A stretch of DNA of 64,000 bases from Octopus bimaculoides (lineage: Eukaryota): positions 146,198,374 through 146,262,373 of the forward strand of contig NC_068983.1 in NCBI RefSeq assembly GCF_001194135.2, given 5' to 3'. The first letter of the stretch is position 1, and the number at the start of each line of letters is the position of its first letter. Both the position numbers and the translations under genes were made by a program. The notes below the pieces were generated by a model. The model was not told the DNA's origin. It saw nothing but the letters and a program-made list of their open reading frames with translations, and did not search any database. Shown here in pieces: positions 12,310 to 23,936 of this stretch.

Positions 12310-12846
12310 TTGAATTAGCGGGAAAGCGAACTACTAAAATGGTGGCCTCAGAACCTTATATTCATAGAGCAATCTTCATTGCTAAATAATTGTAAGTGTT
12401 GTGCATCCCAGAAAGAATATTTTGAGGCCAATAATACTATGAGAGAGAGAGTGTATGTATTTATATATGTACTGTATTGTTGGTTTTTGTCTTGAATGCC
12501 TATCTTTCTAGTGTATTGTAATGTCCTATTAATGCTCAAGAGTCTTTAGGAAAGTGGGTTATATATCATTAGATATACACCTAACTTTCCTATGTTAAAT
12601 TGGAAGTGAACTGAACGCAGAAACTCCAAACTGATCAACAACAACAAATATTTATTGTACGGTGGAAAATAAAACAGCTTCCAATTGTCCGGTTTTAGAG
12701 TAGCCTGAAATGTAGATGTACGGTTCCTCGAGCTGGTGTCGTTGTAGAGACAACTTGGTTCAACCACACTCAAATGGGAGAGCTTGCTTAGACGTCTTGC
12801 TTGGTAAGAGACAGTCTAATAGCGGGAACGCTTCGATGTTGAAAAT

Positions 12847-12910
12847 CCACGCATGCGTGGTTAAGGATTCAGCAATGGCGCCTATGCCTTTTGGCGCCAA
12901 TATGACGTCA
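12847..12910. promoter_or_regulatory. Orphan promoter-like motif cluster (NRF1-like, YY1 core, E2F, CRE)
   Basis: CCACGCATGCGTGG palindrome at 12847-12860, AATGGCGCC at 12874-12882, TTGGCGCCAA at 12891-12900 and TGACGTCA at 12903-12910, in a CpG-retaining patch. Confidence 0.5.
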
Positions 12911-13164
12911 CTACAAGTCGTTTGTGATATTTTTTTCTTTGGGATTCAGGATATTATATATGATATGTCTTCACCACGATTTGGTCTGAATTTCCTTTAC
13001 AGAATGCTTTAGAAATTAGAGAAATTCTGTATTGTGCTTGTAGCTAAGTGGGGAGGGGAACGAAAAACAAGAATACGATCGTGATTCGCGAGAATATTAT
13101 CAACGTTATCAAAAAGCTTGATCACTCAAGATTTCGTGTCCAACCGGATCTAACAACAATTTTA

Positions 13165-14368
13165 TCTCTGTGATGTAACTAAATGAGATTTATTTTTCAA
13201 AATAGTCCCTCTTGCATCCACATACGTCATCAGTGTTGCAGTGCTTGGATCCCATTGCTGAAGAAGCTTTCATCCTGTTGGTCAAAAATCATCACCAGCA
13301 GATATGACCTCATCATTGCGATACTGGTTCTCAGCTAAGTTTTTTTTTCAAGTTGGGCAACAGATGATAGTCAGATGGGGCCAAATCAGGGGAATATGGA
13401 GGGTGATCAACCAGTTCAAAACCAGTCACGCACAACAGCCATTGAAACCAAGAACTTGTGTGCTGGGACACTGTCCTGATAAAACATGAGCCCTTTCGTC
13501 ACTTTTCCTGGGCGTTTGGTCTTGATAACCTTTCGTAACTGTCTCAGCAAGTTGGCATTGTGCTCTCCATTAATGGTGTGACCCTTTTGAAGATAGTCCA
13601 ATAAACACAATGCCTTTTGGATCCCCCCCAAAACAGGCCATCACCTTCTCGGTAGGTGAAACGACTTTGACCTTCCTTGAAGCAGGTGAGGAGGTATGTT
13701 TTCACTGCATGGATCGTTTTTTTTTTGTTTTTTGTTTTGTTTTTTTTTTGTCTCTGGTTCAAAGTGATAAGGCCAACACTCATCTTGGGTTAGGAAACGT
13801 TCAAGGAGACCATCCGGATCTGCTTCAAACGATGTCAGATTTTTCTGCGGTGTGATCAGCCTGGTGCGCTTTTAATTAGGTGTCAAAAGACGTGGTATCC
13901 ACCGACCTAATAGCATTGGCTATTTGATTTATTGTCAATCGCCTGTCATCCATCTGCACGTAGTGAACCCAATCAATGTTTTTATCGGTAGTGGCAGTTG
14001 TAGAACGTTCAAACTTTGGGTCACCTTCAAGACTCTCCCATCCCCTCCTAAATTCAGCTGCTCACTTTTGCACTATTGATAAAGCTGAGCATCATCACCT
14101 AATTTAGCAACCATGTCAGCATGAATGTCTTTGGAAGCTTAACTGTTTTTTCTGCAGGTACTTGATAACACAACGATGCGAAATTTTGTCCATTATCAAG
14201 AAAAGTAGTTACTACTTATTTTTGACGTCTTCTTTGAACAGTGACATGTCAGTTTACCTGAAGAGAAACAATGCAGTTATTAATAAGAAGGGTTGAAATC
14301 AATGTATGCAAGGTTTCACTGCTCTAGTATCCATCTTTCATAGTCGGCCTATGAACTTTTTAGCCCAG
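13165..14368 (-). mobile_element. Mariner (DD34D) transposon, defective
   Basis: The N-terminal HTH MDKISHRCVIKYLQKK starts at ATG 14193. Catalytic-domain pieces include LLDYLQKGHTINGEHNANLLRQLRK, MFYQDSVPAH and HPPYSPDLAPSDYHL. One TIR-like end CTGGGCTAAAAAGTTCATAGGCCGAC lies at about 14343-14368; the other end is missing. Confidence 0.92.
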
Positions 14369-15419
14369 TGCATTTTAGCCACTACCAACAGGCGGAAGAC
14401 ATAGACCGGACACAGAAGACAGTAGCAAAAGTAGAGGCTAACCAGAGCGCTGACACAACACAAAAACAATGACCTGACAATGACAGCAACACACACTGAG
14501 CAACTAACTTCTTGACAGCTACTACTATCATACCAAGTCTAAGAACAATAAGCTTTGAACTATTTCAGTTGTAACAGAATGGTTACCAGAATGTAACGGT
14601 TGTTGTGTATGTTGAAAGCGAAGATGATGATGTTGATTCCATGAAAGAAAGACAGTGGCTGAAGTTGTAGATAACATATTCATTTCTCCATTACATATAA
14701 TTAAAGTCAAACCACGACGAGCAGACGTGTATAAAAACAGACAGAAAACATACGAAGTAACGAAAGTTATATTTTCCTGTATGAATGTTGCTGTTTTCGT
14801 GCTTAACTACTTGATGCTAAAATAGGGATCAGAGGAAGGTAGAGTGAATGTAAATTTAACAAGTGGATAGCGTAAGACTTACATGTCCCGCGTCATTTAA
14901 GCAGCAGATGGAGAGAGAGAGACAGAGTAATGTCGTCGAAACGAGAAGGACTAAGAGAGTGGTGGACAAGAAGGCTGTATCGCTGGCTGACCTTCTATAA
15001 CGTTTCGTTCGAGACGGTCACCCTCACTAACTGATTTTTCCTTGGAGAATGCTGGTATTTATAATTATGCAAACTAGCTAGAAAGGTGGCTAAATCAATG
15101 TAGGTCATTCCTTATCAATTTCAACTTTTCATGGCATAGAAAAAGTTAATTGTCAAGTTGAAAATACATATATCAGCGTTTTTCCCTGACAGAACAATAG
15201 GTCGTATGGCTAAGGAGAATTTACAGATTCAGTTTCGAATCTCAGGTAGGGCCAAGTTCCAACACAGTGTTTTCTCGTTCGTAGTAGCGACAATACTTTT
15301 TGTTAACGATAAAGATCTCAAACAGATTTCAGTGTTCTTTATCGTGACAGATCGTTAGTGTTATACTGAGGTATGTTTTATTTTCTGTATCATGTTTATG
15401 TGGAATTGATATGTTTGAT

Positions 15420-16300
15420 ACTGCTCCAAAGTGCTCCTACATCTATTCTTCATTTTATTTTTATCCTTACTCAAAAGGTGCCCCTGTATATCTCTAAATG
15501 AAAGCTATTTGTTTTTCTTAATCGCGCTCGTGATTTCTTTAATGGATTGATAAACCAATCTGATATTTCTCCCTCTTCCTCTCTATTCATTTGAACAATT
15601 TTGTTCAAGTATTTCCTCTTATCATGATTAGTGAGTTTTATTACGCTATTAAGGCTTACGTATTCAGTGCTTAAAATAGGTAATCTTTGATCATAATTAC
15701 TTACAGTTTCACATTTAAGTTTCGTTATCTTTCCTTTCTATCACTTCCCATGTTTCATTTGTAATCCATCATCTCTGACTTCTTCCCCTACTTCTAAGTA
15801 TTAGTTTTTTTCCCTGCTTGTAGAATCTCTTGATAATCTTTTCATATCTGATGTGCATCTCCTCTATTTCCTCTTCACCCATTAATGTCTGCAGAACAAC
15901 AAGTCTATTTCTACATTCATATATAAACTATTCTTTTCTGTTTTCGTTAATCCTTACTTTCTTTATTCGAAACTTTGGAACCGAGATTCAAGTTGTCTTC
16001 TTTTTAACTTGAATATTATAAATTTATAGTCGTTGCCAATATTGAAAACTCTCTTCACCTTCACATCTAGTGTGGTCCTGTATTCTTTATCAGTTGCAAT
16101 ACGATCTGTTTAATTTGATGTTTCCAAACTGTGCTAAAAAAATACATAGCTATAATGTAGCAAACCAATCCATTTTCATTCAATTATTCCATTATTTTCC
16201 CATATATTCAGAAAAGCCATCATAACATTTCAGTTGGATATCAAAGTCTCCTATACACAACTGTAAGTCACGTTTCCCTATCTGTCCAACTGTTTCTTGA
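15420..16300 (-). mobile_element. Highly decayed L1/Tx1-like LINE endonuclease region
   Basis: The minus strand is purine-rich with faint APE-like motifs (CIGDFD, TDRI). No intact ORF. Confidence 0.35.
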
Positions 16301-16684
16301 CGCTTTCGAATGTTGTTTCATTTGTTGCAACATAACACACAATGGTACAATCATTTCCAGGTGTAGACCTGAACCTAGCATACGAAATCCTTTCACTCAT
16401 TGGCTACCATTCACTAAGGACTTCACCATTTCATAATTGTACACTTCACTAACTCTTCCTAAGAGAGTTAATGTTTATTTACTCTTCCAATTTAAATATT
16501 TCAAGATCAGGCAACCTTGCCTCAATAATGGCACAGATGTCTAAATTTGATTGTCGGTTTTCATAAGACTCTTGATAGCATATCGCGACAAGCACTGCCA
16601 AAGATAATAAAAAACTGTGGCATACCGCAAAAATATATATTAACATAAGTACTTCAAACGTGCAATGAAGGAGCCTATGTCGGA

Positions 16685-16880
16685 TCATAGTGGGTGGAAT
16701 TCTCAGAGTACGCTTTGAAGTCAAGTCTGGTATTATTCAGGGAGACATACTGTTCCCTGTATACCCTGTGTTGGTGATCATGCAAGATTATACAAAGGGG
16801 AAAGCTTTGCAGAAGAGTGCTTGTGGAACACAATTACCAGGTAGTAAGGTGCTAGCCGACCCAGTTTACACTGGTGATAC
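16685..16880 (+). mobile_element. LINE reverse transcriptase fragment
   Basis: ORF 16690-16899 reads FEVKSGIIQGDILFP...LADPVYTGD, a decayed GVxQGDxLxP / xADD motif pair. Confidence 0.6.
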
Positions 16881-16981
16881 AAGCACAAAATGCAACTAAT
16901 ATTAGTTTGGTATTAGTTTTATCTGTCTTTACGTTCTGAGTTCAAATTCCGCCGACGTCGACTTAGCCTTTCATCCTTTCG

Positions 16982-17447
16982 CCCGCAGCCTGTGTTGTGC
17001 CCCGCACCGCTACTTCAACGTCCCTTACGGCAATTTCAAGCGATATGCCCAGTCTGCCTGCACCGGTAGCAAAGGAGTCCGGGCTCCGTCTCCGTGCAGT
17101 CCCTTGCCATATACGGTCCCTGGCACTTAAAGCACCGGCCCATGAACGGTCGCTGTCCACTCCACGGTAGTTTTCTTCTCACTGGTCGTTGCATTACGTC
17201 GCGGGCTTCCGCTGCTGCCATTGCCACTGCCTTCCACCCGGTGTCTTGTGTCGATACGCGGGCTTGAGCGCATCGCTCATCGCCGTTTTCTCGCTATCTG
17301 GCAGTTGTTGCAGTCGCATCAATATGTCGTCGTGAAAGCCATTTGCGAAGGCCAGACGTGCTGCCTTCTCTAGACCATCCCCTGTAAAATTGGACAGTAT
17401 GGCCAGTCTCCGAGCCACCGCAGCATACTCATCGACCTGTTCCCCTA
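16982..17447 (-). mobile_element. Gypsy-like gag fragment with two CCHC zinc knuckles (frameshifted)
   Basis: GEQVDEYAAVARRLA...LAFANGF, then CFKCQGPYMARDC and CYRCRQTGHIA*NC (CX2CX4HX4C with a probable CGA>TGA stop). Much more GC-rich than the flanks. Confidence 0.8.
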
Positions 17448-17720
17448 AAAATTCTTCAAGGTGGTGCCCCAGCATGGCCGCAGTCTAACAAGTAAAAAAG
17501 TAAAAAATTCTGGCGTCGATACGTTCAACTAAAAATTCTTCAAGGCGGTGCCCCAGCATGACTGCAGTCTAATGACTGAAACAAGTAAAAGGTGAAAAAC
17601 TAATCGAAAATTATAACCATGGGGCTTTTGTCCACTTTCACACTTTAACTATGGAGCTTTTGTCCTAGGGGACTTTTGTCTTAGAGGGTTTTTGTTCTAA
17701 GGGGCTTTTGTCCTACACAC
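17448..17720 (+). mobile_element. Composite repeat: 2 tandem SINE-B tail units plus GG(G/A)CTTTTGTCC repeats
   Basis: Homologous to 7105-7455. Confidence 0.75.
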
Positions 17721-18349
17721 TCCAGCTTGCTAGTTCACAAAATGTTGTTTTCTTGAGACTAGCTACAAGGTGAGGAGTTGTTTAACGCAAAATTATCCTG
17801 TATCCAGCAGATCTATAATTTAAGGTATTCCAGCTATGACCATCGCATTTTATGGGTTTTCTTTTTCTTTTTTTTTTTAACATTGTGTAAAGTAAAAAAT
17901 CTAAATTATGAGAACTGGTGATTTTTGCCTCTTCAGCAATTGGTCTATAAGAGAGTTCGCAGAAGGGTTCGATATATTCAGTTGCCGCGAGAAGTGTAGA
18001 TATGTCAAGGATTACATTACCCGTTCTTCTAAGTCAAGAGGATATTATTTGAATATGTTACTGCTTTTTCCAACGGAACGAGATCGTAGAGTGGCTTTTT
18101 CATTCACTCGACATGAGGTGCTATGTTGTAGTTTCAATGTAGGTCTGATTGATCGAATATGGAAAACAAAATTTCAGGAAAGCTCACAGAAAAAGTTACG
18201 CGGAAACGTCAAAGAATATCTTCAATAAAAGACCGATTCGTTGTTTTATTTAATAATAGGGTATAAAATGTGATTATTTACACGTGTGTATTTCCACCAT
18301 TCTATGAATTGTGTAGGCATACCTACACAAGCGTTTCCCTACGATCTGA

Positions 18350-18690
18350 ATTTGTTTCCTCATAACTTTTAGAAAAATGGATATTTGTTAATGAAATCTT
18401 TTACAAATACTTTTCACATGATGTAAATTACGATTATATCAGAATTTAAAATGAAAGAATAAAAATGGCGACGCGCACACATACATACTGATACATATTT
18501 ACAAAATGAAACCTGGAATTTTGAAAAATGGTGATGTGTGTCAATACGGATGTGCGCTTGTCCACCATTTTTGTTTCACATGAATTTCTTTTTTCAATCG
18601 TAATCTATACTATCTGAAATATATTAGTAAGTCTAATTAAAAATTATCCATTTTGCTGAAAATTATGGTAGGCTATTGTGTACAAGTCAT
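18350..18690. mobile_element. Non-autonomous element with internal inverted repeats (Helentron/HINE-like)
   Basis: Shares TTCCTCA.AACTTT.AGAAAAATGGATATTT...TACAAAA.GAAAC.TG with 31215-31520. Confidence 0.55.
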
Positions 18691-18967
18691 GAAGTGTTAT
18701 TGTTAGATAATAAATTATTTAAAATAGTAAATGTAACTTTTTGCAAGCCAGAATTATGTGTTTCTGTGTTTTCATTTTCGTTCTCTGATTCCAACCATGA
18801 TCCGCCTGACTTTTTGTATTTCAGGGACTATATTGGGATCTTTTTGGTTTGACGGGCAACATTTTTCATTACTGTTTTATGTAGTGTGTTTGGTACCGAA
18901 ACACTTTCAAACTTCGTATACTTGTATATTTTGTATTATAGAACAGATAAAAAATGTTGTATTCGAA

Positions 18968-19477
18968 GTTATTTCATGTAAAAAGTTGTCGTATTTCGGT
19001 AATTTCAACCAATCACTGACGTCTATTGAGGTGAAAACAATTAATGGCATGGAATGTAAACAACGGTGTCATGGGATCTTTTCCCTTGAATAAAATTAGT
19101 GCCGTTGTTTGTCAACAACAACTACCCATGTTACTCTTATTTATGACATTGTTCGTGCGTTTGTACTGGTTTTAGCTTTAGGGTTTTAGGGTTAGGGTTN
19201 NNNNNNNNNNNNNNNNNNNNNNNNNNNNNNNNNNNNNNNNNNNNNNNNNNNNNNNNNNNNNNNNNNNNNNNNNNNNNNNNNNNNNNNNNNNNNNNNNNNN
19301 NNNNNNNNNNNNNNNNNNNNNNNNNNNNNNNNNNNNNNNNNNNNNNNNNNNNNNNNNNNNNNNNNNNNNNNNNNNNNNNNNNNNTGTTTATAAAAAGAGC
19401 ACTAACTGTATTCAGCTGAATAGACGTCAGTGATTGGTTGAAATTACAGAAATATGACAACTTTAACATGAAATAAC
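18968..19477. repeat. 60-bp inverted repeat enclosing TTAGGG-like repeats and a gap
   Basis: Arms at 18968-19027 and 19419-19477 are about 90% identical. TTTAGGG-TTTTAGGG-TTAGGG-TT runs into the Ns at 19200. Confidence 0.8.
19200..19384. other. Assembly gap (185 N)
   Basis: Run of N. Confidence 1.
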
Positions 19478-20628
19478 TTATTAAGAACTAATTTTTGTTA
19501 AGAAGGCTAAGAGAAAACGATGTTTTATATGACACATTCTACCAATATCCCAAGTTTGAAAGTGTTTCGTTAAGAAAACAAGTGTTGCCCGTCAAACCAA
19601 AAAGATCCCTATATTGCCCGAAATGCTCTTACCTTAAAACAGTAGGGAGTGATTTGAGGGGCGTTTGGCTACTCATGCAGGTTGAGCGACCCTGTTAAAA
19701 CTCACTCTTTGGTGCAGATGGCTCATTCTCAGCGGTGGAGGAAAGAGGAGATGGTGACAATCATGCCCTTTTCAGGTACTTTAGTGTAGTTATTTAAAGT
19801 CAAATGGCTCTAATTAAAGTATCGAAATGTTGTTACGGTCTTAGCTCCATGGGAATTTAAGTCTTATTTTAGAGTCTATAGGGAATTCGCTGGAAAATAT
19901 GCTAAGAAACATATTGAAGGTATTACTCAGATATTCTTTGAAGTGGCAAATATTAATACTTCCGCCTTGCCAACAACTTTCAGTACATTTGAATTATCAA
20001 ACAGCAAATTAAATAAAACATTAACAAATATTTACACACATATAAGCATACACAGGCTGAAAAGTTTACACACACGTTACGTTTATGAGCCAACAAGGGA
20101 GTCTCTACAGTAAACGGTCGCTTGGTTTCTAAAAGTAGCAACCATATTCTAACTTAAAAAATAGAAAGACACAGTGATCAATGTAGCTTGAGATATATAA
20201 AAGAAAAAAGATAGGATGGCCGTGCCTGGAATATCTTTGATGACAGGTTTCCTGAATCTTTGTTAACTTGAGTCTAAACAACATTTAGGTAATCTCAGCT
20301 TTTGGAACCCGAGTAGCTCTTCGGCTCGCCAGCTCCTGTCAAACCGTCAGCCCATGCCAGCATGGAAAACAAGACATTAAATGATAATAATGATGATGGT
20401 GATGATACATACATAATACATACATACATACATATTAGTGTGGATTTTAATCATTAATTCTGTGTTGCTAGTTTATAATATATAAACTACATGTGAAGAC
20501 AAGAATGACCACGCTAATATTTTTTGTTTTTTTACATTTTTTTTATTAACCCATTTCATTTATATTTACATGTTGGCTATGTGACACAAGCGTACTGTGT
20601 CGTTATGTTTTCAAACAGGAGATAAGCA

Positions 20629-21517
20629 CGAGGTCTGATCAATAAGTATCAGGACTGTTACCATAGTAACGAAGATAAAGCACGCAGAGTGAAGCTGCTT
20701 GGCAAAGATTGACCTTGAACTCTGCTGTGCATGCGCACTAAGCTTTAATGTTCTAGCTCACTTCCACTGTTTACAGCAATGCTTGGAAGGAAGGTGTGTA
20801 GTGTGTGATCGTCGCATTGACTATGACAGAGAAAGTTGTCATGACGGTACCAGCTCAGAGGCCTACACAATGTTGCAGAAAGTGTATGGAGAGGAGTGTA
20901 TGAGCCGCACACAAGTGTACAAGTAGTTCAGACATTTCCAAGATGGCCGAAAAAAATGTCAATATTGACGAATATTCTAGGAGACCTGCAACCAGCAGAA
21001 CTGAGAAAAACATCTTGGATGTGCGTGCAGTTGTGAGAGGAAATCATCAAATCACTATCCGTGATTTGAGGATGTGCAGATTAGTTACAGTTCAGTTTAG
21101 TCCATTATCACTGAAGATATTGGTATGAGACACGTGTCTGCTAAGTTTGTGCCAAAACTGCTTTCAGCTGACCAAAGAGACACTCGGGTTTCAGCTGCAC
21201 AAGATCACCTTGATTGTGGCGAGAACGATGAAAAAACTTTTGGAAAACTTTGCTTTGAGCAGGTATCACCAAGCTTTTGGCAAAATTTGATGCAAATTCT
21301 CTGTTCAACTTTCTTTGTCATGGTAAATGTGATGATAACACACTACACATGTTCCTTTCAAGCACTGCTGTAAACAGCAGAAGTGAGTTAGAATGTCAAA
21401 ACTTTGTACACATACACAGCAGGGTTAAAGGTCAATCTGTGCCAAGTGACTTCCGTCTGTGTGTTTTAGCTTCGTTACTATGACAACAGTCCGGATACTT
21501 ATTGATCTGACCACATG
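20629..21517 (+). mobile_element. Internally deleted mariner with long (about 200 bp) terminal inverted repeats
   Basis: The left end CGAGGTCTGATCAATAAGTATCAGGACTG mirrors the right end CAGTCCGGATACTTATTGATCTGACC. Internal HTH pieces read AYTMLQKVYGEECMSRTQVYK and HVSAKFVPKLLS; there is no DDD domain. Confidence 0.85.
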
Positions 21518-22463
21518 TATACACATATTATGTGCAGTATAAGTAATATTAGTTTAAAATAGCGACCTGTGTATCATATTTAAAACATATACACCTTTGA
21601 AAGCCTAATTTACTGCAGTATTTGTCCTGAGGTAATATCTCTTATGTATGTAGACTGTTAAAAAACACAAAAATATATTAGTACCGGATGACGATTGTTC
21701 AACAGCAATAGTGACATTGCTAAATGTGTACTTTGGACTCTTTGGGCTTAATCAGTAACAAGTATCAACTGGCAACCATATGCTAAGAAAAAAATCTAAT
21801 ATTAATGATATAGTAATACAGTGATTGAAAAATCATTGATGTCACAGTTAGTCAGTAGGCTGAATAAAAATTTTATGTGCAATGAAAGCTATATTAGTTT
21901 AAAATAGCAATCTGTATATCATACTCAGAGCAGATTTATCATTAAAGGCCTAATTTATTGATATATCTTTGTTTTTTAACACCAAACGCTTATAAGAGAC
22001 ATTATCTCAGCACAAATACTGCAAGAAACTGAAACTGAAAGAAACCCATCATGTGTGTGGGTACTTGTGTGACTGACATACTTTCTTGTTGATTGTTGTA
22101 AATGAGCCTCACCATCATGCAAGCAGTGTCCCTCATTTCCAATCTTTTGTGAAAAGACTTGGTCGTGGGAAATGTTATCTTAGAAACAGGTAAGGGCTGG
22201 CAACAGGAAGAGGATCTGGCTGTACAAAATCTACCTCAGCAAATTCCGTTTGACACATGCATGCATGGAAAAGTGGGCATCAGAACGACAATGATGATGA
22301 TACATATACATTGAGATGGAGGGAGGTACAATAAAAAGGGATATATTAAAGTACATGTCACTAGTAAATTACTGTTTTGAAGATAGCATGTTTGTACATA
22401 AGTGTGTATACATTTGTATTTGTACATACATACATATGTATGTGTATATGTATATCAATGCAT

Positions 22464-22464
<1 letters not shown>

Positions 22465-22530
<66 letters not shown>
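22465..22530. repeat. (CA)n(TA)n microsatellite
   Basis: Seen directly. Confidence 0.95.
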
Positions 22531-22534
<4 letters not shown>

Positions 22535-23084
22535 TGTAAGTGTGTACATTTGTTTAGTGTCATTTATTTCTTTTGTATTATAGTTTGTTTCTTTTACTCA
22601 TTCACTCACACACACACACACAAACATACATTTAGTTATATACTTATTAATTTTCTTTTCCCTTTTGTTTTGGGTTTGTAAGTTCAGTTTTATCCCTGCC
22701 TTTCCTACATTTCTTTTTATATTTATTTAAACAGCTTTAAAGTGAGGAAATTGCCAAACAGAAGGAGGGCAGGGAGGAAGGAATGAAAGGCTGTTTGTTC
22801 TCCTTAAATCTGTGTGAGAGAGCTAGGTAGTTGGTGCGTGCTGTATACTTTGTGGGTAGTGTAGTGGAACTGGTTCTGGTCACCTGATGAAAAGGAGACA
22901 TGTATATATAAAAGGTGATAATATTCCAAGCGTTATCATCACTGATAACCTCTGGTATCATTAAAGGAATGCAGAACTCCATTGAAACTGAAAGAAAATG
23001 AAGAACAGCTGTTTCCAGTGGTATTGGATGATGTATCTGAATTATGACAGGGAGAGGAGCTTTGTGGATGATGTAGAGTGTGGT

Positions 23085-23590
23085 AGATATGGTAGAGGAT
23101 TATGTAGCATGGCATACTATGGTATCGCACATACTACAGTATGGCACATGGTAAAGGTATGATATTATACATCATTGCATTGTTTAGTATGAGATGGTAT
23201 AGCATTGTATGGCATTGTGTAGTATAAGATGGTATAGTGTTGTATAGTATTGTATAGAGTATGGCATGACATGATTATTGTATGGCATAGTATGACTATA
23301 GTATGATGCAGCATGATATGATATATTATGTTAGAGTATAATATAGCATGGTTTTTGTATGGTATGCTTATAGTACTATATTATATTGATCGAGGTGTCA
23401 TACTATGCTACATTATTTTATGGAATGGTACTGGATGGTGATATAGCATTGTAAAATATAGAGTGACATGCTTTGGTAATGTGTGCTATGGTTTGGTATG
23501 TCATATGGTTACGGTATGATTATGCTATGGATATGGTATTATCTGATACGATATTATAGGGATTATAGGATTATTGCAATGTTATGATGT
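23085..23590. repeat. Degenerate pentanucleotide satellite (ATGGT/ATAGT/ATGAT)n
   Basis: About 500 nt of 5-nt periodic variants. Confidence 0.75.
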
Positions 23591-23599
23591 GGTAATAAA

Positions 23600-23760
23600 G
23601 ACACGTGGCCTATTGATTAGGATGATGAGCTAACAATAAGATTGTAGGTTTGATCCCTAGACTGGGCAGCATGTTGTCTCCTTGGGAAAGGCACTTTATT
23701 TCCCATTGTTCCAGTTTGCTCAGCTGAAAATGTGTACCAGTCAAGTGCTGGTGTTGCCCT
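23600..23760 (+). mobile_element. tRNA-headed SINE with CORE/Meta-like central domain, degenerate
   Basis: GTGGCCTA.TG.TTAGG...GGTTTGATCCC...CCTTGGGAAAGGCACTTTAT...CTCAGCTG; a related copy lies at 42588-42830. Confidence 0.55.
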
Positions 23761-23936
23761 CTTTCCCTCTATCTGTCACATCCTAGATCAGACATGGGCA
23801 ACTTTTTACCCGAAACAGGCTGAATGAAACATGGTTCATCATCTTGCAGTTCGTACTACTAAAAATTCAAGGTAAGTTTTCATTAGACATGCCATTCAGA
23901 ATGTCCTGTGGGCCACAAGTTGCCCATGACTTTTCT

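Noticed and set aside
17908-18228. 106-aa ORF
   Set aside because: No recognisable domain or splice context, and it is flanked by repeats.
22236-22681. Several YIYI/HTHT-rich ORFs (also about 62040-62373 and 62825-63073)
   Set aside because: They are translations of microsatellites or SINE sequence.
22735-22825. Candidate exon with a strong acceptor (TTTAAACAG) and a GTAGTT donor
   Set aside because: All three frames contain stops and no partner exons were found; at most a non-coding exon, which is unsupported.
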